In this document: positions 51,149-60,660 of the stretch, in pieces
Layout: each line of letters starts with the position of its first letter
Position numbering within the stretch: the stretch's first letter is position 1
Assembly: GCA_007376445.1 (NCBI GenBank)
Contig: VMGF01000003.1
Span: forward strand, 31,024 to 95,023
DNA length: 64,000 nt
Source of the DNA: Parcubacteria group bacterium Gr01-1014_3
GTDB taxonomy: Bacteria > Patescibacteriota > Minisyncoccia > UBA6257 > WO2-44-18
Reading direction: 5' to 3'
Program-made: the position numbers and the translations under genes
The notes under the pieces: model-generated
What the model saw: only the letters and a program-made list of their open reading frames with translations
What the model was told of the DNA's origin: nothing
Database searches by the model: none

Positions 51149-54100
51149 ATGCCTCGCTTTACTCATCTACATACGCATAGCCACTATTCGTTGCTTGATG
51201 GCCTCACCCAAATTAACGATCTCGTAAAACGCGCCAAGGAACTCGGCATGGATTCGCTCGCGGTCACCGACCACGGCAACCTTTATGGCGCCATCGAATT
51301 CTACAAAGCGGCCAAGGCCGCCGGAATTAAACCAATTCTGGGCGTGGAGGCGTACATAATGCCCAACACCAACGGTAATTCGACTACGACAGAACGCTAT
51401 TATCACCTGATCATTCTTTGTAAAAATCTGACCGGCTGGAAAAATCTTTTGAAACTCATCACTCATGCTAATTTGGAGGGCTTCTATTATAAGCCGCGCA
51501 TCAATAAGGACTTTTTACGCAAACACAGCGAGGGCCTGATCGCGCTTTCTGCCTGCCTCGCCGGAGAAGTCTCCAGAGCGATCATGGCAAATAAAATGCC
51601 GGAAGCAGAAAAGATCGCGCTGGAATATCAGGATATTTTTGGAGCGGGAAATTTCTATCTCGAAGTCGGCCATCACCCCGGCATCAAAGAAACCATAAAA
51701 GCCGGCGCGGGCTTGATAGAGATCTCTAAAAAAACCGGCATTCCTCTCGCCGCCACGCAAGACATCCACTATCTCAAAAAAGAGGACGCCAAATACCATG
51801 ATATTCTCCTCGCCGTCCAAACTGGAAATAAATTGAATGACCCCGATCGGCTGACTCTCAAAGACGATGACTTCTCGATGCGTTCCCCGGAAGAAATGGC
51901 CAGTTTCTTTACTCACATCCCGGAAGCTATTGAAAATACCGCCAAGATCGCCGATATGTGTAATATCGAACTCGAACTCGGCAAGATCCAACTCCCAAAA
52001 TTCGCCGTGCCTGTCGATAAGAGCGCGCAAGATTATCTCAAGCAACTTATCGAAGAACGCACCAGTAAACGCTACGCCGTATTAAATGAAGTCGTACAGC
52101 AGCGCATATCTTACGAACTTAGCGTCGTTGAAAAGATGGGTTTTGCCGATTATTTCTTGATCGTCCAAGACTTCATCAACTGGGCTAAAGATCGTGGCAT
52201 CGTGGTGGGGCCGGGCCGTGGTTCGGCCGCGGGAAGTATCGTGGCCTACATTCTTGGCATCACTGACGTCGACCCGATCAAATATGAACTACTCTTTGAG
52301 CGTTTCTTGAACCCGGATCGTATTCAGATGCCTGATATCGACATTGATATTGCTGACCATCGCCGAGGTGAAGTACTCGCCTATCTCACGCAGAAATATG
52401 GAGACGATCGCGTCGCCCACATCATCACCTTCGGAACCATGGCCGCCCGCGCTTCTATTAGAGACGTAGGCCGCGCTTTAGATATCAGCCTCGCCTTTTG
52501 CGATCAGCTAGCCAAACTCATCCCTTTCAACCAAGACCTGGACGAAGCCCTTAAAAGCACCAGTGAGCTGGCCACGCTTTATCGCACCAACCCAGACGCG
52601 CAACGCATCATCGACGCCGCCAAAAAATTGGAGGGCGTGGCTCGCCATGCTTCCATGCACGCCTGCGGTATCGTGATTTCCAATGAACCGCTCATCAATC
52701 AGCTCCCGCTCCAGCGCGCGCCACAAGACGAAAATTCTATTTTGACTCAGTTTGAAATGCACACCGTAGAAGACCTCGGACTTTTAAAAATGGACTTGCT
52801 CGGTCTAAAAAACCTGACCATCATCGAGAATGCCCTAGTTCTGATCAAGGAAAATCACGGCGTGGATCTTGATATACATAAACTTCCGGAATGGGACGCA
52901 AAAACCGAGAAGCTGCTTCAGGCCGCCGACACGACCGGCGTGTTTCAATTTGAATCTTCGGGTATGCGGAGATATATGAAAGAGATCAAGCCATCGGAGC
53001 TTGAAGATCTGATCGCTCTCGTGGCTCTCTACCGCCCTGGCCCGATGGACCTGATCCCGGATTACATTCAAGTCAAACACGGCCTCAAGCAGGTTAAATA
53101 TCTTCATCCGAAACTCGAACCGATCTTGAAAACGACCTACGGCGTGGGTATTTATCAGGAGCAGATGATGCGTATCGCTCGCGACCTCGCCGGCTTCACT
53201 CTCGCCGAAGCCGACACTCTCCGTAAAGCCATCGGTAAGAAAATTAAAGAACTCCTGGATAAGCAGGAAGAAAAATTGATTAAAGGTATGCTTGCTAATG
53301 GAATTGAACCCGCCACGGCCAAGGCCATCTGGGAACTCTTCCCCCCATTCGCCCGCTACGGCTTCAACCGCTCCCATGCCGCCTGCTATGCCCTGATCGG
53401 TTATCAGACCGCCTACCTGAAAGCTAACTATCCAGTTGAACTAATGACCGCCGTACTCAACGCCGATTCCGGCGACACTGACCGCATCTCTTTCTTAATT
53501 ACCGAATGCCAAAAGATGGGCATTCAGATCCTCCCGCCAGATATCAATAAAAGCTCCGCTAGATTCACGCCTGAAGACAAAAATATTCGTTTCGGTTTAG
53601 CGGCCATTAAAAATGTGGGTGAAAATATCGTGAAGCTTCTGATTGAGGAGCGTCAGCGCGGTGGACCATTCCCCGATCTCGTTTCTCTGCTTCAGCGCGT
53701 GCAGAATCGCGACTTAAATAAAAAATCGCTGGAAAGTCTGGCGAAGTGTGGCGTCTTTGATTCGCTCAATATTGAACGCAACCAGATCGTCGCCAATCTC
53801 GAAGATATCGTAAAATTCAGCTCACTCGTGAAGAAAACCGGCCAAAGCACCCAGATGGGACTTTTTGGAAATACCATCTCCAGTAAATCACTCAAACTCG
53901 CTCCCGCCGCCGCGGCTGGCACACAAGAGCGCCTGCTTTGGGAAAAGGAACTGCTCGGCCTCTACTTATCCGATCATCCGCTGAATAGTTATAAAGAAAA
54001 ATTCCGCTCGGCGGGAATCCGCGATATTAAAGATGTAATGACCAGCGCGAATCCGGCCACGCCGAATACGATGTATAAGATCGGCGGCTTAGTTTCCAAA

Positions 54101-54310
54101 GTTCAAAAAATAGTAACCCGCCTCGGCCAACCGATGGTCTTCGTGAAGGTGGAAGATATGAATACCACGCTGGAAGTCGTCGTCTTCTCCGACACGCTCG
54201 CGAAAAACCCCGACATCTGGCAAGAAAATAAGATCTTAGTCATCAATGGCAAAATGTCCTGGCGCAACGGCGAGCAGAAACTCATCTGCAATAGCGCGAC
54301 TGAAGTATAA
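51149..54310 (+). CDS. dnaE: DNA polymerase III alpha subunit (short form)
   Basis: PHP domain HTHSHYSLLDG, polymerase core, OB-fold; start placed at ATG. Confidence 0.9.
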   Translation: MPRFTHLHTHSHYSLLDGLTQINDLVKRAKELGMDSLAVTDHGNLYGAIEFYKAAKAAGIKPILGVEAYIMPNTNGNSTTTERYYHLIILCKNLTGWKNLLKLITHANLEGFYYKPRINKDFLRKHSEGLIALSACLAGEVSRAIMANKMPEAEKIALEYQDIFGAGNFYLEVGHHPGIKETIKAGAGLIEISKKTGIPLAATQDIHYLKKEDAKYHDILLAVQTGNKLNDPDRLTLKDDDFSMRSPEEMASFFTHIPEAIENTAKIADMCNIELELGKIQLPKFAVPVDKSAQDYLKQLIEERTSKRYAVLNEVVQQRISYELSVVEKMGFADYFLIVQDFINWAKDRGIVVGPGRGSAAGSIVAYILGITDVDPIKYELLFERFLNPDRIQMPDIDIDIADHRRGEVLAYLTQKYGDDRVAHIITFGTMAARASIRDVGRALDISLAFCDQLAKLIPFNQDLDEALKSTSELATLYRTNPDAQRIIDAAKKLEGVARHASMHACGIVISNEPLINQLPLQRAPQDENSILTQFEMHTVEDLGLLKMDLLGLKNLTIIENALVLIKENHGVDLDIHKLPEWDAKTEKLLQAADTTGVFQFESSGMRRYMKEIKPSELEDLIALVALYRPGPMDLIPDYIQVKHGLKQVKYLHPKLEPILKTTYGVGIYQEQMMRIARDLAGFTLAEADTLRKAIGKKIKELLDKQEEKLIKGMLANGIEPATAKAIWELFPPFARYGFNRSHAACYALIGYQTAYLKANYPVELMTAVLNADSGDTDRISFLITECQKMGIQILPPDINKSSARFTPEDKNIRFGLAAIKNVGENIVKLLIEERQRGGPFPDLVSLLQRVQNRDLNKKSLESLAKCGVFDSLNIERNQIVANLEDIVKFSSLVKKTGQSTQMGLFGNTISSKSLKLAPAAAAGTQERLLWEKELLGLYLSDHPLNSYKEKFRSAGIRDIKDVMTSANPATPNTMYKIGGLVSKVQKIVTRLGQPMVFVKVEDMNTTLEVVVFSDTLAKNPDIWQENKILVINGKMSWRNGEQKLICNSATEV

Positions 54311-54347
54311 AAAAGCACCCATTTCTGGGTGCTTGCTAGTCACTATT

Positions 54348-54917
54348 CTAGTATTCCGCTCTTGCCTTGTCCTGAGCTGGCGGAAGAGGCTTCCCTTGAA
54401 TCGGTTCGGCCTTTTCTCTCAACTTCCGCTTCATTTCGCGAAGCGCGAGAAGCTGAACCACATCAACACGACCGATGGTCTTAATCAAATCATAAGTCTC
54501 TTGGTCAAGGTGAATGTAACGAACATCCTCCCCTTGACCAACATAAACACGAAGAACTCGCTTCTTATCCCATGCGTATGTCGCACTCACTCTCGCGTTC
54601 ACATAGCTCACGAGCTGTTCGTCGGTAAGCGTTGGTCCCTGTGCCGCCTCATCGGCTAGCCGATGAGGCTTGATGCAGTCCTCATCATAGGCCTGATAAA
54701 TGGCAAGTCCCAGCCCTGAAACTACAACAGCAATAATGAGTATTGGCACCAATGACGCAAGAAGCTTCATTGAAAAAATCCTCTTAAAAATACTCGGCCG
54801 GCGAAGCTTCACAAGCTCCGCCTCTTGCTCTCCGTTCTTCGCCTTAAGTCCCTCAATCAAATGCTCGCACTCCTCCATCGTCATACCTTGATCGCCGACC
54901 TCTACATCATCAGACAT
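54348..54917 (-). CDS. hypothetical membrane-anchored protein carried on the dnaE 3'-end insertion
   Basis: ORF with single TM. Confidence 0.4.
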   Translation of the reverse strand: MSDDVEVGDQGMTMEECEHLIEGLKAKNGEQEAELVKLRRPSIFKRIFSMKLLASLVPILIIAVVVSGLGLAIYQAYDEDCIKPHRLADEAAQGPTLTDEQLVSYVNARVSATYAWDKKRVLRVYVGQGEDVRYIHLDQETYDLIKTIGRVDVVQLLALREMKRKLREKAEPIQGKPLPPAQDKARAEY

Positions 54918-55015
54918 TTGCCGCCTCCTTGCCCCGCCATCGGCGTGGGCTGAAAAAAGGTTGTAAACTAACTGCTGGATATGTTAACCAATTTCCTTGA
55001 ATTTGTCAAATCATC

Positions 55016-55047
55016 CCACCCCACTATCACATGTGATAGTGGGGTGG
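55016..55047. promoter_or_regulatory. 32-bp perfect palindrome CCACCCCACTATCACATGTGATAGTGGGGTGG overlapping the promoter (TATAAT at 55048-55053) of the HTH gene
   Basis: Palindrome immediately followed by TATAAT and an 11-nt leader. Confidence 0.7.
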
Positions 55048-55064
55048 TATAATATTCATTACTT

Positions 55065-55544
55065 ATGATAATCAACAATAAAAAGCTGATTGGTAAATCA
55101 GCAGAAGATTGGACCGAGAAACTTTGGCTAAAGTTAATAGAAAAAGTTAGTCAAACAAATAATGAAGAGGCCACGAGAAAACTGATTGAGCACCTACTTA
55201 GCGCTGATGAGAAAAAGATGATCGCAAAAAGACTCGGTGTTATTGCGCTAATAAAATCTGACAAGTCTTATAAAGAAATCAGTGAAATTCTATGGTTGTC
55301 CCCCAATACCATCAGCACGATCAAAAAGAACATTTTAGGAAATGATGGAAATTATAAGAGTTATCGTAAATTTTATGGCGGGCCGAAAAAATGGAGCGCG
55401 GATATAAAATACGAAAAACCTTTTTGGGAAGACTTCAATCTATTAGAATTTATTGACGATTTGCTTCCGAGATATAGGGGTATAGGACTATTGAGCTCGC
55501 CGGACGTTGCCGCGAATCATACATATCGCAGAAGGCGAAAATAA
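55065..55544 (+). CDS. helix-turn-helix DNA-binding protein (sigma region-4 / TrpR-YerC-like HTH), probable regulator binding the flanking palindromes
   Basis: LSADEKKMIAKRLGVIALIKSDKSYKEISEILWLSPNTISTIKKNI HTH. Confidence 0.5.
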   Translation: MIINNKKLIGKSAEDWTEKLWLKLIEKVSQTNNEEATRKLIEHLLSADEKKMIAKRLGVIALIKSDKSYKEISEILWLSPNTISTIKKNILGNDGNYKSYRKFYGGPKKWSADIKYEKPFWEDFNLLEFIDDLLPRYRGIGLLSSPDVAANHTYRRRRK

Positions 55545-55557
55545 GGCCTCAATCAAT

Positions 55558-55585
55558 CAGCCACTATCACATGTGATAGTGGCTG
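55558..55585. promoter_or_regulatory. 28-bp perfect palindrome CAGCCACTATCACATGTGATAGTGGCTG downstream of the HTH gene
   Basis: Third copy of the palindrome family. Confidence 0.7.
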
Positions 55586-55592
55586 GAAAATA

Positions 55593-55671
55593 AAGTCCTG
55601 GTCGTAAGCGGGAAAATGAGCTGGCGTAACGGCGAACAGAAACTCATCTGTAATAGCGCGGTGGAAATATA
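55593..55671 (+). pseudogene. duplicated 3' end of dnaE (encodes KVLVVSGKMSWRNGEQKLICNSAVEI*), direct-repeat partner of 54231-54310, with its own terminator at 55668-55700
   Basis: About 85% nucleotide identity to the real dnaE 3' end. Confidence 0.65.
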
Positions 55672-55684
55672 AATGCTCCGGTAA

Positions 55685-56086
55685 TTACCGGAGCATTTTT
55701 TTATTTAGAGCTTCTTCGAGCAAACCCACAACGCAATCATACCCACCCTTTTTTGCCCAAAAAATCGCAATACTGTCCCCGGCACGAGGATCGGCGCCAT
55801 GGGAAAGCAATATTCTCACAAGCTCATAATTACCCGCATTGGCCGCACAGCTTAAAGCATAGTCGTTTTGAGCGTGTACGTTTGCGCCGTTTTTTAAAAT
55901 GAATTCGGTCAGCTCGGAATTTCTGGTCAAAAGCCAGACTTCCCAGTCTTCTCGTTTTCGATCATGTATGGTCATAATTACTTCTTCGAGTGACGCCGAC
56001 GCACCGAAAGCTTCCAAGAAATCGGCGCGGGCTTCTACGCATGCACCCATAACTTCAAGTTCTTTGAGGGTAATGATTTTTTGCAA
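55685..56086 (-). CDS. ankyrin-repeat protein
   Basis: ALSCAANAGNYELVRILLSHGADP repeats. Confidence 0.7.
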   Translation of the reverse strand: MQKIITLKELEVMGACVEARADFLEAFGASASLEEVIMTIHDRKREDWEVWLLTRNSELTEFILKNGANVHAQNDYALSCAANAGNYELVRILLSHGADPRAGDSIAIFWAKKGGYDCVVGLLEEALNKKMLR

Positions 56087-56185
56087 AGTGCCTCCTATGC
56101 GAATTGCGTTTCATATTATAAATTAAAAATTTTACTATGTCAAATTCTTTCAAAGCGCGGAGTTCCCTGTTAGAATAATCTACAT

Positions 56186-57907
56186 ATGAAAGAGAATGGG
56201 TCTCTCGAAAATATACGGCACTCGCTCGCCCATCTTTTGGCGGCGGCGGTTTTGAAAAAATACCCGGACGCTAAACTCGGCATCGGTCCGGTGATTGAGA
56301 ATGGATTTTATTATGATTTCCTCCTGCCAGCCGCTCTGACCCCGGAAAATCTCAAAGAATTTGAGAAAACGATGAGGAATCTGGTAAATCAGAAGCTCCC
56401 TTTCTCTGGCAAAGAAGTCAGCGCCGCGGAAGCCAAAAAACTCTTCAAAGATCAGCCATTCAAGCTAGATCTCATAAAAGAATTCGCTAAGGATAAAAAA
56501 CCAATGACCGTATATTCAACCGGCGAGGTCTTTATGGATCTCTGTCGCGGCGGTCATGTGGAAAGTACATCGGAAATCAACGCCGAATCCTTCAAGCTCG
56601 ACAAACTCGCCGGCGCTTATTGGCGCGGTGATGAGAAAAAGCCACAACTCCAGCGTATCTATGGCTTGGCTTTCGCCTCGAAAAAAGAGCTCGAAGAATA
56701 TGTAAAAATGCGCGAAGAAGCTATTAAGCGCGATCACCGCAAGCTCGGTAAAGACCTCGAGCTCTTTTCGATCATTGATGAAATTGGTCCTGGCCTTCCC
56801 CTCTTTTATCCAAAAGGCGCGCTTCTCCGCCGCTTAGTAGAAAATTATATTATTCAGCTTCAGGAACAACGCGGCTATGAGCCGATCTGGATTCCCCACA
56901 TCACCAAAGGCGAGCTTTATAAGATCTCCGGCCATCTGGATAAATACGACGCCATGTACCCGCCGATGAAGCTCAAGAACGAAGCGGATTATTATCTGAA
57001 ACCGATGAACTGTCCGCACTTCATGATGCTTTATAAAACCCTGCCGCATTCCTATAAAGAGCTTCCAATCCGCTGGACCAGCACTACCACCAATTATCGC
57101 TATGAAAAATCCGGCGAACTCTCCGGCTTAACCCGCGTCCGCTCGCTCACCCAGGACGACTGCCATGTCTTCGCCCGGCCCGATCAGATCTCCGGAGAAA
57201 TAAATCTTATGCTGGATATGATCGCGGAAGTATACGAAAAATTCGGCTTTAAGGATTTCTGGGTCCGCATCTCCACTCATGATCCGAAAGATAAGACGAA
57301 ATACATCGGTGATCCGAAAATCTGGGAAGAATCGGAGGCGACTCTGACAAAGCTAATCGAAAATCGCGGCTGGAAACACGAAATCGGCGTGGGCGAAGCG
57401 GCTTTCTATGGACCGAAGCTGGATTTCATCTTCAAAGACGTTCTCGGCCGCGAATGGCAACTCTCCACCATTCAGCTGGACATGAACCTGCCGGAAAGAT
57501 TTGAATTGGAGTACGTCGGTGAAGACGGAAAGAAACAAAGGCCCGTGGTCATTCACCGCGCCATCCTCGGCTCTACAGAACGCTTCCTCGGAATTTTGAT
57601 AGAACATTTTGGCGGCAACTTCCCTCTCTGGCTCGCGCCGGTGCAGATCCGCATCATCCCTATCGCCGACCGGCATCTGGATTACGCCAAGAAAGTCGCC
57701 GCTCAACTCAAAGATTATCGAGTAGAGATTGCCGGCGAAAGCGAAACTATGGGTAAAAAAATCCGCGCCGCGGAGATGCAAAAAATTCCATTTGTCTTAA
57801 TCATGGGCGATGAAGAAGAAAAATCCGATACTGTCAGCGTGCGTGAAGGTCACAAGGGTGATCAGGGCAAGATGACAATAGCCGATCTCCTAAAGAAGTT
57901 AGTATAA
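56186..57907 (+). CDS. thrS: threonyl-tRNA synthetase lacking the N-terminal TGS domain
   Basis: HSLAH editing motif at the N-terminus, class II core, anticodon-binding domain. Confidence 0.9.
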   Translation: MKENGSLENIRHSLAHLLAAAVLKKYPDAKLGIGPVIENGFYYDFLLPAALTPENLKEFEKTMRNLVNQKLPFSGKEVSAAEAKKLFKDQPFKLDLIKEFAKDKKPMTVYSTGEVFMDLCRGGHVESTSEINAESFKLDKLAGAYWRGDEKKPQLQRIYGLAFASKKELEEYVKMREEAIKRDHRKLGKDLELFSIIDEIGPGLPLFYPKGALLRRLVENYIIQLQEQRGYEPIWIPHITKGELYKISGHLDKYDAMYPPMKLKNEADYYLKPMNCPHFMMLYKTLPHSYKELPIRWTSTTTNYRYEKSGELSGLTRVRSLTQDDCHVFARPDQISGEINLMLDMIAEVYEKFGFKDFWVRISTHDPKDKTKYIGDPKIWEESEATLTKLIENRGWKHEIGVGEAAFYGPKLDFIFKDVLGREWQLSTIQLDMNLPERFELEYVGEDGKKQRPVVIHRAILGSTERFLGILIEHFGGNFPLWLAPVQIRIIPIADRHLDYAKKVAAQLKDYRVEIAGESETMGKKIRAAEMQKIPFVLIMGDEEEKSDTVSVREGHKGDQGKMTIADLLKKLV

Positions 57908-58133
57908 GGGCTTCAGCGGCCGTTTTTTCTTCGCCCTCGGCGCGCCGCTCCGACTTAAGTCGGAGACCGATTATAGGATAGTCCAGCCGGCGCGCCTCCC
58001 CACGGCCCCGCTAAAAGCGGAGCCTCGCCGTTGGCGGGGCGTGGCGGGATGTTCCGAAAAATTAATTGGCCTCCGCTTTGTTAAATAAAGGAAATTATAT
58101 ATAGAAAAACCCCGTCCTTTCAAGGGCGGGGTT

Positions 58134-58550
58134 CTAAATTGTTATCACAGTTTTGCCGATCACGGTCTTATCTGCCCGAATCAGCTTCAATTCGATCCGG
58201 ATGACTTTTCCATTTTGGACTTCAGCTTCGAGCTCAATATCTTCACCTCGAGAATCATCTAGTACCCGCCACTTCCCGTCAATTAAGGCGGATACGGCTT
58301 TGTTCTCTTCATCCTTGAAACCCCAGGTCTTAAGGACAACCTCCTTACCTAACGGCTCAAAAGCCACGCCGCAAATATCCGGATTAGTGGGATGCTCATA
58401 GAAGTAAAAATGCCCCCACCACGGAAAAGATCCGATTTTGTCTTTGTATGACGGGATAGGTCTTTCCTCGTCGGTATTCCAAAAAGCGTTTAATTTCGGA
58501 TAGCCTTTCCAGCTTGAAAAATCCGGCGGCTGTTTGTCCTGATTACTCAT
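58134..58550 (-). CDS. hypothetical protein, paralog of 60661..61143 (PDF[ST]SWK...WGxK family)
   Basis: Shared motifs PDFSSWK, FPWWG/PFWCG, LKTWGFK/LKIWGLK. Confidence 0.5.
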   Translation of the reverse strand: MSNQDKQPPDFSSWKGYPKLNAFWNTDEERPIPSYKDKIGSFPWWGHFYFYEHPTNPDICGVAFEPLGKEVVLKTWGFKDEENKAVSALIDGKWRVLDDSRGEDIELEAEVQNGKVIRIELKLIRADKTVIGKTVITI

Positions 58551-58581
58551 CGACCACCTCTTTTGGAGAACTACTTTCAGT

Positions 58582-60033
58582 CTACCTCGTTGCCAGAAGC
58601 TCCTGCAAGATTTTCCGGATCACCTCCGGATTCCCCCTCCCCTTCAAGGCCGCCATGGTTTTGCCCACCAAAAACTGCAGGGCGTTCATTTTGCCTTTTT
58701 TATAATCTTCGATCGCTTTCGGATTTTCCGTTAGGACCTGCTCAGCGGTCGGGCGGATGCTTCCCTCGTCGGAAACTTGGCCAAGATTCTCCTGCTCCAT
58801 CACCGCGCTCGGATCCAGGCCGGTTTCAGACATCTTCGCGAGCACATTCTTCGCGCCCCGGCTGGAGAGTTTATCATTGGCGATCAGCTCGACAAGATCA
58901 GCAAAATTCTCCGGGTCAATCTTGAGATTGGAAAAGGAAGTGTCTGTTTGCGACATAATTCCACGGAGATCACTGGTAAGATAGTTGTATAAAAGCTGAG
59001 TCTTCTCGGGCAATTTTGCCGAATCTCCCGCCGTGGCGGGCAAGTCCGCGGCTAATTCTGAAACTGCCTCCTCGAAGTACTCCGCCATCGCCCGATCCGC
59101 GGCTAAAATATCCGCCTGCTCCGATTTCAATCCGAATTCCTTGGCAAACCGAAGACGCTTCGCGGATGGCAACTCCGGAATATCTAATTTTAAAGATTTC
59201 AAATCAAAATGGCTCATATCGAGCGGTGGCAAATCCGGCTCCGGGAAATAGCGATAATCATGCGCCGACTCTTTCAGGCGCTGCGAAACGGTTTTATTAT
59301 GGACATCATCCCAGCCGCGGGTTTCTTGCACTACCTTGCCGCCGGACTCTAAAACTTCTTCTTGCCGTTTTATCTCATAATCAATCGCCCCCTGAACGGC
59401 TTTAAAAGAATTGATGTTTTTTACTTCTACCTTAGTGCCGAGCGTACTGCCAGAACTGATGGAAACATTGGCCTCCACCCTCATCTGCCCTTTATCCATA
59501 TCCGCGTCAGAAACGCCCAAATAGCGCAAAATTAGCTGTAATTCCCTGGCAAAGGCCACCGCCTGCTCGGCATTCTTGATATCCGGTTCGGTCACCAATT
59601 CCATCAAAGGAACGCTCGCTCGGTTCAAATCAACGAGCGAAGATTTCTTATCATCAGCGTGAAGTAGCCGACCAGTATCCTCTTCCAAGTGAATACGGGT
59701 CAGGCGGACGCCATTTAATAAACCGCCGAAAATCAGAGGCAGATCATATTGAGAAATCTGATAGCCCTTCGGAAGGTCAGGGTAAAAATAATTCTTGCGG
59801 TCGAATTTAGAAAACTGTGGAATATCTCCGTTCAATGCCATGCCAACTTTCAAAACTGCTTCCACGGCTTTTTTGTTGATCGTCGGCAAAGTCCCCGGAT
59901 GGCCGGAGCAGATCGGGCAGATATTCGTGTTGGGGTGCTTTTCCATCGGGTCATTCAAGCACTCGCAGAACATCTTGGTCGCGGTCTTAAGTTCGGCGTG
60001 TATCTCCAAGCCGATTGTGGGTTGATATTTCAT
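58582..60033 (-). CDS. gatB: Asp-tRNA(Asn)/Glu-tRNA(Gln) amidotransferase subunit B
   Basis: MKYQPTIGLEIHAEL N-terminus, YqeY-like C-terminus. Confidence 0.9.
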   Translation of the reverse strand: MKYQPTIGLEIHAELKTATKMFCECLNDPMEKHPNTNICPICSGHPGTLPTINKKAVEAVLKVGMALNGDIPQFSKFDRKNYFYPDLPKGYQISQYDLPLIFGGLLNGVRLTRIHLEEDTGRLLHADDKKSSLVDLNRASVPLMELVTEPDIKNAEQAVAFARELQLILRYLGVSDADMDKGQMRVEANVSISSGSTLGTKVEVKNINSFKAVQGAIDYEIKRQEEVLESGGKVVQETRGWDDVHNKTVSQRLKESAHDYRYFPEPDLPPLDMSHFDLKSLKLDIPELPSAKRLRFAKEFGLKSEQADILAADRAMAEYFEEAVSELAADLPATAGDSAKLPEKTQLLYNYLTSDLRGIMSQTDTSFSNLKIDPENFADLVELIANDKLSSRGAKNVLAKMSETGLDPSAVMEQENLGQVSDEGSIRPTAEQVLTENPKAIEDYKKGKMNALQFLVGKTMAALKGRGNPEVIRKILQELLATR

Positions 60034-60099
60034 TGCTTCTAGTATAAAATAGATGAACTCTTTGATAAAGGTCGCCAGAGACGACCAAGGAGGCAGCTA

Positions 60100-60630
60100 G
60101 TGATTATTACCGTTGGCGGCCACATTGGCTCGGGTAAGAGCACGGCCTGTAAGATTCTAAGGGAGCGTTATCTGCTTAATTACAGTTATTCTTACACCGG
60201 CCAGATCTTCCGGGATATGGCCGAGGAGCGTGGACTATCGATTGAAGATTTCTACGCGCAGATGAAAGCGGATCCAGATGGTGAAAAGGCCATCGATCTC
60301 CGTCAGGCGGAGCGGATGAACTCCGAAAACTACCTGATCGTGGACGGCCGGATGGCCGCCTTTCAAAAGACAGTATTCGACATGAAGCGTGTTCTCCTGA
60401 CTGTTAATCCAGAAGAAGGCGCGCGGCGTACTATGCTCCGTGAAAAGAAAGGCAAGTCGCTGACGCAAACGTTGGCGGACAATATCAAGCGCGCGAATGA
60501 CGAACGGGCGCGATACAACAGCCTTTATAACATCAAAGACTTCCTTGATCCTCGGCATTACGACGTCGTGATCGACACCACGAAGATTCCGGCCTATGAG
60601 GTAGCGCACCGGGTCTACATGGCGCTGTAA
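60100..60630 (+). CDS. cmk: cytidylate kinase-like P-loop NMP kinase
   Basis: MIITVGGHIGSGKST P-loop. Confidence 0.75.
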   Translation: MIITVGGHIGSGKSTACKILRERYLLNYSYSYTGQIFRDMAEERGLSIEDFYAQMKADPDGEKAIDLRQAERMNSENYLIVDGRMAAFQKTVFDMKRVLLTVNPEEGARRTMLREKKGKSLTQTLADNIKRANDERARYNSLYNIKDFLDPRHYDVVIDTTKIPAYEVAHRVYMAL

Positions 60631-60660
60631 AAAATCAAAACCCCGACATATTGTCGGGGT

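Noticed and set aside
51515-53377. Minus-strand ORFs 51515..52045, 52508..52762 and 52835..53377 inside dnaE
   Set aside because: They are antisense shadow ORFs within a conserved polymerase gene.
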